A stretch of 64,000 bases of DNA from Lophium mytilinum (Eukaryota): assembly GCA_010093605.1 (NCBI GenBank), contig MU004196.1:1076606-1140605 (forward strand), read 5' to 3'. Every line of letters starts with the position of its first letter. Position 1 is the first letter of the stretch. The position numbers and the translations under genes were made by a program. Below the pieces are notes generated by a model that was not told the DNA's origin, ran no database searches, and saw only the letters and a program-made list of their open reading frames with translations. This document shows, one piece after another, positions 11,998-22,039 of this stretch.

Positions 11998-14421
11998 ATG
12001 CTCACTCCGTCAATACGGGTCCTATCCCTAGACGGCGGAGGTGCACGGTGCCTGTCCGGCTTGGTGATTCTCGAGGAGCTCATTCAACACATCGAAGAGG
12101 ATCACCATGACTCTCCTCTAGGAGATTCTAGGCCTTACTACTATTTTGATCTGATATGTGGGACGGAATGGGGTGCTGTCATCGCTCTGATGCTTGGCAG
12201 ATTGAGAATGGTAGACTCCTTGCCCAGATCATTTGAGGTTGCTCTACTCACTATGCTACAACTAGACGATCAACGAATGCATACTCTGGTTCCAACGAAA
12301 TGCATTCCACTACACGCCTTGGTTTTGGGAATCTCGCGATTTCTCTAACTCAGACCGATGCGAGAAGGCTTTGGACGCACTATTTGCAGAGGAACCTTTG
12401 TATGAGGCCCAACCTAAGCAGGGACATGTATGCCACATCGTTGTACTAGTTACCGACCTTGAGAACTTGGGTACTCCAGAGAGGCTCCGCAGTTATACCT
12501 CCAAGACTTACGGAAAAGCGATCGTTAGTAGATGCACTATTTTGCAAGCAGCTTTGGCTTCCATCGCTACTCCAATGCGCACTCGGGGGGTACGTATAGA
12601 CGCAATGCTATGCGTCAGCGCAGCCATAGCGGGATTTAGCAATCCGGCGCTGGAGGCCTTGGACGAAGCAGCATCAATCTGGAGCTCTACCAAAATCTAT
12701 TCTTTCGTCAGCATTGGTACAGGAATACAAGAGCCGAGAGACAGTGCCTCCGCGGGAGGCCGTCCGCGATGGCTGGGCTATCCATCGCCCAAAGCAACGA
12801 TGGGTCTAATGAGAGTAATAACTCACATGATCATCGATCCAGAGCATACAGCAATAGAGCTTTTCAGATTTTCTAGAGCTGCCGGGTTTCTTTGCTCTCG
12901 GTTTACGCTTCCGACCGAATTTACCTCTACTACATACAAGCATGAGTGGACTCCAGTTGCATTTGAGAGGGTTCCAAAACTTACACGGCTTTACCTTGCG
13001 AACTCGGAAATCACGGCCAGCCTAATCGTCTGCGCAAACTCACTCAAACCTAGTAAATCACTCGGGACTGACGGAGAACGTGGAAACCCAGTATTCAGCT
13101 CGGTCGATCCACCTGCTGTCCCTAGCGAGACTATGTTAGATACTCTTGGGCCAGAATTCCTGGTAAAGTGTCCGTCTCTCAAGGCAGTATCAACTCAGAG
13201 CGCACTGTCAGGTACTACAGAACCTTTTGAAGGCATTCTTTTTGACGAGCCAACTGTACGATCTGATCAAAAAGAGTATGTTCCTCTCTACTCTACACGC
13301 ACACGAGCTTTGCTAACCGAACAAGAAATCTAGCTACTGACAACTACATGAAAGGCCTCCGCGCAAGATATCAGCAACTATTCAAAGACGCACCTGAAGA
13401 CATCAGGAAGGTCAAGGTTGCCGTCCTGGACAGCGGGATCGATTCTTCCCACCCTTTCATAGAGGCAAATTGGATTCGCCCTAGGTGGGGTGCTCGAGGG
13501 GAGAACGGACTTCCCCGTAAACTTGATGATGATGGATACATGGATTTCACAACCGAATCTCCTCTCACCAAGAATGGTACAGATACATGCGGCCACGGAA
13601 CCCACGTTGCCGGGATTATTCTACAACTCGCTCCGGACGCTGAACTTCACGTTGGTCGAGTGTTCCGCGACAAGACCTTCAGCAAGAAAACTGACCCCGA
13701 ATGTACCATGCGGATTGCAAAGGTATGTTAGCATCAGCCACTCAAATGCGCCATCACAGTCTAATCATCGGCCAAGGCAATTCGCTATGCCGTGGATGTT
13801 TGGGGAGTAGATGTCATTTCGATGTCCTTTGGCTTCTCCAGCATCCCCGCAGACGTGAAGGAAGCAATTATCTATGCATATTCAAAAGACCGTATTCTAG
13901 TGGCTGCAGCCTCGAACAATGGTAATTCCAAGGTAGGAAATGTTACCTATCCTGCCAGCCATCTTGGACTAGTCATCTGTATCAATGCTGCGAACTATGC
14001 TGGCACACCATACGAGTTCAACCCGCCTGCAACATCTAGTAAAGACAACTTCACAATCCTTGGCGAAGCAGTGAAATCAACTTGGTCAAAGGATGCGAAA
14101 AGAGACGCGAATCAGGAAGAACCGAATATAATGATTGAAGAAGGCGCATGGAAGAGAGCCTCAGGGACATCAGTCGCGACACCCGTAGCATCCGCAGTCG
14201 TAGCCCAGCTCATATATTGGAAAAGGATTCACCGCACTCATATCCGAAACTACCAAATGCTGGAGAACTTTGGGGGCATAAGACAGATGCTCATTAGCAT
14301 GGTCGATCGTGATCTCAAAGATGTCTATCAGTACATCCTCCCCGAAAATCTTTTAGACCCGGACGTAAAAACTGCCATTTCTGGAGTCTTTTCCATGAAA
14401 CTGAGACAAATATACTCCTGA
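11998..14421 (+). CDS. Patatin-like pseudo-phospholipase fused to an intracellular subtilisin-like (S8) protease, HET-Q2-like; 754 aa, 4 exons
   Basis: Exons 11998-12210, 12266-13275, 13326-13722 and 13777-14421 join in frame (introns have GT donors, CTCAC/CTAAC/CTAAT branch sites and TAG/AAG acceptors). Patatin part: LSLDGGGAR, FDLICGTEWG, MLGRLRM, SIGTG. S8 part: VAVLDSG, GHGTHVAG, VISMSFG, AAASN, YPA, SGTSVATP. No signal peptide. Confidence 0.88.
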
Positions 14422-14465
14422 TAGAGGCTGGTTTCAGATATGATCCCAAGTCCGGTCGCGGTGGA

Positions 14466-15341
14466 TCAAGTTTCAATTTTTACTACCAAGCAATCACTGT
14501 CGTCCATCTCGTCTCTGACCGTAGCCATGGTCCAATCCAATGGGATGCTATCTGCATCCATAGCAATACCAAAATCAGCTTCGTCGAGCTCTGCCGATTC
14601 GATCTCCGCCGGAGTGATATCCTCGTCCAAATTGGACTCCGTTCTTTCTCCTTCATGATATGCCGCTCCACTCATGTAATCCTCGCTGTCAACATCCATG
14701 GTCTTCCAGTTGATCTTGATTTTCCGCACACGATACGCGAAGATGAAGTCTGAAGACCCAGCAAATCCCACCGAGTCAAATTTGGAGTTGCTGAACCCGA
14801 CTTGGGGACCTCCTGAGACCGGAATGCCGACCATGGTTCCATTAATTGCAACGGACGCGTCTGCACCAACTTCACGATATTTCTTTCTGAGATTTTCGGC
14901 GCCTCTAGCGACTTTGAATCCAGTGATCATGTATGGAGTTTTCTTCGGGTTGGCCTCGAAGTACTGTTTAACCGTAGGTTGAAGTATGCTAGCCCTGACA
15001 TATTCCGCGAGATTCCAGTCGCTTTTCACGAAGGCTGTCTCCAGCTTGTCAAATTTCAGCACATCGGAATCATCCTTTCCGAAGTGTCCTGATATGTCGC
15101 CACTAATGCCCAATATCATGGCTAAGAACTGTGCCCATATTCCGAGCGAGCCGCCTAACGTCCTGCTCTTTTCGGCTTCCCAGTTTTCTTGATAGCTTTC
15201 AAGTATCGGAGGAGCGGGGTTCAGCGGCTCATAGATGGCCGAACCGGGAGACTTGAGGTCTGCGATAATCTCCCCAATCTTGATGGTGCCTGGGGCGTAG
15301 TCAAAATTCGGCATCTCGAAATAAGCTTTTGTTGGTGCCAT
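14466..15341 (-). CDS. Fungal gasdermin (RCD-1/HET-Q1-like pore-forming protein); 291 aa, intronless
   Basis: Fungal gasdermin signature blocks in order: YFEMPNFDY..IKIGEII, GIWAQFL, FDKLET, YMITGFKVARG, GIPVSGGP, SSDFIFAYRVRKI, followed by an acidic C-terminal tail. It lies next to an S8 protease gene. Confidence 0.85.
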   Translation of the reverse strand: MAPTKAYFEMPNFDYAPGTIKIGEIIADLKSPGSAIYEPLNPAPPILESYQENWEAEKSRTLGGSLGIWAQFLAMILGISGDISGHFGKDDSDVLKFDKLETAFVKSDWNLAEYVRASILQPTVKQYFEANPKKTPYMITGFKVARGAENLRKKYREVGADASVAINGTMVGIPVSGGPQVGFSNSKFDSVGFAGSSDFIFAYRVRKIKINWKTMDVDSEDYMSGAAYHEGERTESNLDEDITPAEIESAELDEADFGIAMDADSIPLDWTMATVRDEMDDSDCLVVKIET

Positions 15342-15902
15342 ATTAGCAGAGGACTCGCAAAATCGGGAATGTTGAGAGATTCGAGCCTTCTTCCTACATC
15401 TATATCTATTCATGCAATGCGATGGCCCAAGGCATCACCGACAAGGCTGAGAATCGGTCGCATCTGACCGCTGCGTTCTATTGGATAACGACATGGGTAA
15501 ATATGCAGCTCCGTCTCCCCGCCTCACTTTATGCTGTCTTTCGGACAAATGTGTGGTTCAGGTGCTCTATGATGCGTTTTAGCGGAGAGAACCTCGGCCT
15601 TGGTTCAGCATAGCAGGCCAATGATATGGGGAAGGGAAACGCGAGTCGCTCAGCTGGCTCTGCAGGTGGGTGAGCCCGAGGAAGGCAACTGGTTGCCCGA
15701 CTGGCATCCTCGTATTCTGCAGACCGCCAGCTAAGAGGCCTAATCTTCCCAGATTTGACCACGAGGATCTCTCCGAGCTCATCATCGTCTGTTGTTGAAC
15801 TATTCCGTCGCCGCAATCCACCTTTCGCAACCCGCGTTTGTGTCTCTCACCTTCGACAGGCGGGATCCGTAGTCTTACGACTAGGAAGTCCGGTTGCTTA
15901 GG

Positions 15903-16661
15903 ATGGATCGTTCCACTACAGCGGTACTGTCATAACAGAGTCGTTCTTCTTGCAAGGAATAAGCTGACGTCCTCCAGTATTACCAAGCTATGTATGATCG
16001 AGCTCAGTTGCAGTCTGTACAGCTCTACCAGGTCACATGCGTCAATTGCCAGACAACTCACATCATGCGATATGACGAACGGACTCGGCCTCACAAGGCT
16101 ATCTGCGCCTACTGTTCGAGATCTCTCGCTTCTTCTGTTCTTGAGATCGTGACTGCATGCCTCAAATGCGGAACGGCTCATTATATAGAACCACACGAAC
16201 GATCGGATTCTCGTAAGAGCCTGTGTCGAGTCTGCGGAAACCACCTCCCGCCAACTTTCAAGGACGACTCGGTCGTGTCGCAGGCCGTAGAGCTCGACTG
16301 GGTGAGATGTCTTAATTGCGGCGGCATTCACCACTTGCGCTCAGAAGAACGACGGCAGCCCCACCTAGCTGTTTGCGGATTCTGCAATAAACATCTTGGA
16401 CCATCTGTCAAAGAGCATATGCTAGCTGAGCATTCCAGACATCTGCAGAGTGTCCAGTGTTTCAACTGCAAATATACCCATTACTTTTCTAGAGACGAGC
16501 AAGCACAGCCTCACAAGGCCAATTGCGGATACTGTGGGCAATCTCTTTCGCGCTCTGTGGAGGAGGCTCTGATTGGTGTCGGCTCAGCGATCGGTGGTGC
16601 GCTCGTAACTGCATTGGCGATGCTGTTTGCCGCTGCCAATGCCATCTCAGGCGCTTTATGA
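15903..16661 (+). CDS. Unknown protein with four CxxC-x18-CxxC zinc-ribbon-like repeats and a C-terminal hydrophobic helix
   Basis: ORF 15990..16661 plus a probable 21-nt first exon (ATG 15903; intron 15924-15977, GTACTG..CTGAC..CAG). Repeats: CVNC..CAYC, CLKC..CRVC, CLNC..CGFC, CFNC..CGYC. Tail: ALIGVGSAIGGALVTALAMLFAAANAISGAL. Confidence 0.75.
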
Positions 16662-17271
16662 TATAGGGGAATAGCAAATGTAATGGGCTTACCTCTACGG
16701 ATTGCGTTCATTCCCATTGCCTTCTCACAACTAGCCAGATGGAACGAAGTTCACAACTAATATGATGCAATCCTCCTCCTCTCCGGATCGTGGACACACA
16801 TTGTCCTCATATGTTTAGAAATTTGCCTGACCACGTGCAAACGGCAAACCCGAGACGAAGCCTCGGAGACGCGAGAGTGCCGGCAAAGCAAAAAGAAAGA
16901 CATGTTAAGCTAAGGTGTTCTTAGCCGGTGGTATAGTCGTCGAGTGTTACAATCGCTTCCTGAGACTGGCGATGTATCGACTCTATGTGGTGTCCGGAGT
17001 GACAATGGCTTGAATGCGGACATCTCGACGCCTTCCGCTCCCTCTCCATATAGAGATCATACGTTGCTAGAATTCATATGGTGTACACGCATTTGACAAT
17101 ATGGGAAGTACTTCAGTACGCTATAATCAGATGACCACCTAACCATATGCGATATTCCGCACAGCCCATTCTATCCCAAGTCTAGCGCGACCAAATTCGC
17201 TTTTTATTGGAAATCAAGATGAATGTGCACCACCGTTCAAGCACCTCCACCCCACTCTCGCATCTTAAGCA

Positions 17272-20200
17272 CTACATATCAATTGTCTCATTGAACCTCA
17301 GCACACCATTGCCCTTCAAGAAACCATCCACGCCCTGGGGCACCTGATATGAAGATGGTGCAGCGATGGCGAGGGGCCCGCGCTGGGGAGTGTTCGCGTC
17401 CGAGATGTCAGTGATGAGGACGAGGCCAGCGGTTTTGATGGATTCGATTAGGGCGGGGGCAAGATCCTGAGTGGTGTTAGTCCTTCGCCAGGGATAATGA
17501 GGAGGCGTGTAGTGAGCACGAACCAGTAATCTCGAGCTACAGATCAAGCCCATGAAGTTATTGTCTCTCGCGATCTGGACAGCCTCTTTGACCGAAATCG
17601 TGGTGCGGCCACTGCTCTGCACTTTCAAAGGATCGTTACTAGAACTAGTAGCGTCGGCACCGAGCTCGTTGCAGAGAAGAACAGGATCTGTTGAATATTA
17701 GCTCTATGTTCACAGGATCCCACGAGGGGCTGACTTACAGTTCGGCTGCTTCCAATTCAGTGCGGTGCAAATGTCCTGATTGAAGCTCGAGAACACAATT
17801 GACCTGAGAAAGCCATCTTTCTGTCCCCTTAGATGCCTCGCGTGCTCAAACACAATCGACAGCAGTGCATCCGCAAAGTCATTGATATTTGGCGTCGGGC
17901 CTAAGCGCAAGCTTTCCTCCTCCCGCCGACTTGGGTACAGTACGTGAAGCTCGACATGGATATGCGCAGGAAGTACAGCGAGAGCTTCACGGAGCGTCAT
18001 GAACGACGTAGCTAGGATTTGATGAATTTGGGAGATGTTGACTCCAGGAGTATTTTGCAGAGTGGATGTTGCCTTGGAGCTAGAAGCGCTCTGTGAAGCT
18101 CCAATGCTGGCAAACTGATCGTAGGTGAGGATATTGACAGGAATACCGAGACCTTGATACGTTATCTTCCATTGTGGGTAAAGCACTGGAACGCCGTCAC
18201 TGGTCAATTGAACAAATAGGCGGGCATATTCGCCCGATAAGCTCGATCCAGTGATAAGGGCTGTTGGATGGGAGTCGGATTGACTGGTTGCTTTCCAGTA
18301 TGTTGCGAAGTGTGTAATCTCAAGGGGGATACCGTGGAAGGGTTTCACGACCTGGAAGTCGAAACTTAGTCGCCCAATTGCACGGAGCCGAGGGTCGAAG
18401 AGCTCAAGATGCCATTGGCCTGAGCTACTTGTCTCATTTGTGAATATCTTCGAAGAGGCGACACTGCGCGCAATTACCTTAGAGCCGAATGTTGGGTACA
18501 CATCGAAGTCAATGGCAAAGGTATCGAGATTCTCAATCTGGAATGAGATGACCTTGAATTCGTCTTGGATTGGTAGCATAATGTTTCGTGGGATGAGGTC
18601 TGAGGATTTCGAGGAAATAGTGAGGCGAGCGGCTGGATATTTATGGTCGTCGTAGAACTGAAGTGCATCCGCGCCCAGATTCTCGAAATTAATCACCACA
18701 AAGGTCTTAGTATCCAGGAAATTATGGCCATACCGTCTCAGTGGGATTATAGGCGGTGGAAGAATGAACTCCGGAATACCTTCTCCCTCTCCGAGATCCA
18801 TAGGGCCTGGTCCGGTAGTGGATTGGCCTGTGCTCAGAATCTGCGGGGACACCTTCTTCGGGGTAGCAAGGCCAACTCCTCTCCCAATGGAAGCAAGCAT
18901 TTTCATGCACTCAAAGTGGCCTTCCCAAGTGGCGTAGTACATCGCAGACAAGCCTTTCTCGTCCACAATATCCACGCTGACCCCGCATACCAAGAGCACC
19001 CTGAGACATTCGACATGTCCTTCGCTGGCGGCATGGAAAAGAGGCGTCCACTGGTATAGCTTATCGGACTGGTTGAGATCTGCACCGTATTTCTGCAGCA
19101 GCAAAAGCATCTCAGGGTCCTTCCCAGATCTTGCAACGAGATGTTGAGGATAGAGGCCTTCAGCGTCCGGAAGCATCTCAGCATGCGCTTGAAGAAGCAG
19201 CTCTACAATGGGTATGGAGCCGTGTTGGCATGCCAGATTCAATGGAATATGTTCCGATGGACCTAGTTGCTGAATTTGCGCCCCATTAGAGAGAAGGGTC
19301 TGAACACAGTCCAGTTGGGAATGGACGATCGCATGGATCAAAGGCGTAAAGTTGTCCTGGTCCTTGAAATTGACAGTGTCAGGGGCTGCATTGATTAGTT
19401 CCTGGACCAAGTCGACATGGCCATGCATGCAAGCATAGTGCAATGGTATCCTTCCATATACATCCAATGCCTTGACATTGACGTGTGCGGACAATCCTAT
19501 CTGGAGGATAACGCCTCGCCCGCAGATGGCCGCTTTATGGAGACAATTCCTTTCGTTGATTTCGTCTTCCTGGCTGAGGTTGACACGATTGGTGTCTAGC
19601 ATGAGTCGTAAGGCATTTTCGGGGGCGTCTTCGATAGTGCTTAAAAAAGCCCTTGATATGCGTTCCTGCGCGTCAACCAATGAAAAGATCCGGGCCAGAC
19701 ACTCTTCTATTTTCGCAGTATTAGCAGTGGTGATCGCTTGGGTCATCTGATTGTCCAACTCCATATCGCCATCCTGAGATGTGTCGGTTGGTGGCTGGGT
19801 TATCGACATTGGGTATTGCATCTTGTCGCCTTCTGCCCATCCTGAGAAGTCTAACAGAGCTTGCGTTGCTTGATCGGACAGGCTGCTGATAACGTCGCGA
19901 TTGAAGCAGGGCTGCACCTCAACAGCACGCGATAGGTAGAGTTGCTTCTCGCGCGACTGGCATTTGGGTCAGCCGGAGTTGCGTCCAAGGAGTCTGATGG
20001 CCGACCTTGGATGTTTTGTCCCACTAAAACATGTTAGTAGTCTCAAGACGACAGTGGCAGGTGTTGAGCGGACCTTTTTCAATATCTTCGAGAAGGCCGT
20101 AGCGTTGACCTCGACAAATTGCTGCTACCGTTAGTACTTACACATTGATAACGATGATCAAAATCACCTGGAGCTTGTTCAGATCTATGCTGAACTGCTT

Positions 20201-20835
20201 CAAGCCTTCTTCGAGTGCCATGTATTTCGAAGACACTTTGGACACTGTTGAGGGATGAGCTTGCATATTTCGCTTCTTATCTAGCAATGTTGCCAATCGT
20301 AGCCTTAGCTGTATAGCTTGTCAGTATGGATCAGACGGGCTTTGGAGATGTATGTTACCTCTGCCTCCTTTTGTAGATAGAAAATATTGACTTTCTCTAG
20401 CTCTCGCTCCTATGATCTTCATAAGAAAGTGCTGAGTAATGTCAGAAGTCTCACATACCACTCGAAAGAAGAATGTGGCCTTGTTGGCCTGTAAAGCGGC
20501 CTGAGGGTCAAGGCCATCTCCCAAATGACTGGCATCGTTCTGCGCTGGAAGAACCGGGGTCGCGCTCAGTTTCTTGATAAGCTGGCCAAAGCATCAATGA
20601 AAGCATCGAAAGGTGAGCGAGCGCAAACAGTACCTTTTTGAGGGCTTTGTAGTCGACGAAGCTAGCGGCATACTCGGGAATCTCAAGCTGCCGCTTTTGA
20701 ATATGCTTGCCAAACTTCCTGTCAAATCGGGGCGCGTCAGTCTTGTCAGACTTGGACCCGAGACTACTCGACGACAGGGTCTTGCGTAGACGGGCAACTA
20801 TGACTCTGGGAGAGTCCATAAGAGCAAACTCACAT
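17272..20835 (-). CDS. nuc-2: SPX-ankyrin-GDPD-like phosphate regulator / CDK inhibitor Nuc-2 (Pho81)
   Basis: The start codon is split by an intron (AT|GTGAGT...CAG|G AAG TTT), giving MKFGKHIQKRQLEIPEYAASFVDYKALKK (SPX). Multiple ankyrin repeats follow (GRIPLHYA, FTPLIHA, WTPLFHAA), then PIIPLRRYGHNFLD and a GDPD-like C-terminus (FSSFNQDICTALNWKQPN). Confidence 0.9.
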
Positions 20836-22039
20836 AGTGCAAGAAAACGAGCGGACAGCGCTCCAGAAGAGCCCCTACACACTAGTAGGACAAGCGAGGA
20901 GTGCAGAAGCGGACGCATGCACCTCGACCATACGACGTGGGAAGGCGCGCAATGTGGCCCTGAGAAGACGCCTATAGGGCGGCCAGCACGATCGGTGAGG
21001 CGCGAGATGGGACAGGGCGGGATGGCGGCGACGTTGACAGAGTGCTGGGGCGAAAGTTGATGGATATCAATCGTATAACTATTGTCGGTCTGGTCGTGCA
21101 GCGGCCAATATCTTTCGTTGCAGGCGTCGGATAGATGACTGATGAGGGGCAGAGCGACCTCGGGCAAGGTTGACGATAGAGTCTGCGCAGCACTGCCGCT
21201 TCGGGGATGCTTGTTCTGCCAGAGAACGCTGTGAGCTTGACATGATAGTCGTGGTTTTTTGCTACGCCGCCAGCCAATTGCAGCAGAGCAAAAAACACGT
21301 GGATCCGCCGCTCCAGCGGTCTGGAGAGGAAACCCACCTGGCTGTGACGGGCAAGCCGTTGCTGGTAATTCACGGCACTGGACTGCCTGGATATTGCGGC
21401 AGCACGCTCCTGGCAGCATCAGCCGTCGGGAAGAAGTTGACGAGAGCTGCCGCCGGATGTAGTAGAGCTGTCCGCGCTTTACTCAGTTCTCTCCCTAAAA
21501 CGATGGCACGTGATAACGTCATAGTCGCGCTTTGATCCATGGGTCGACCTTATCTCAACCTCTCTCCACCCCTGAATCCAGCCTTGCTGCTTCTTCAGCA
21601 AACACAGCCTGTCAACTGTTCCACCGCGGAGCACTTCGGCTCGTGCCATTGCCAAGAAACCATTCACTAATTCAAGGCCTAACTATCTTCATCGCAGTGC
21701 TTCTGGAGCATTGTTTGTATTTCAGGCTATTCTATTCACCAGCCAAAGTCTCGCTACTACACAGGATATCGAGCATCTCTCACACGACGCTTTTCAACAG
21801 AGACCATGCTAGCAGGCCGCCCAAGCCCGATTCCCTCGCCAATGCACCAAGTGGACCAATGAAAGCACGAGACTGACAATGGTCTGAGCCAAAAGTGTGC
21901 CCCTTCAAAGGCCATACCATCCATCGATATCCCCTGGATCCGTTTTGATGTTAGCTCCCTCTGTGGCCGACTCGGAGTAATTATTCGCTTTGTCCCACGG
22001 TGTGCGCAAGGCAGCCTCCGTATCTAGCTCCTCGTTCAG

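Noticed and set aside
20508..21419. 303-aa ORF as an N-terminal extension of Nuc-2
   Set aside because: A split AT|G start with a canonical intron at 20835 gives the standard MKFGK SPX start; the upstream part has no recognisable features.
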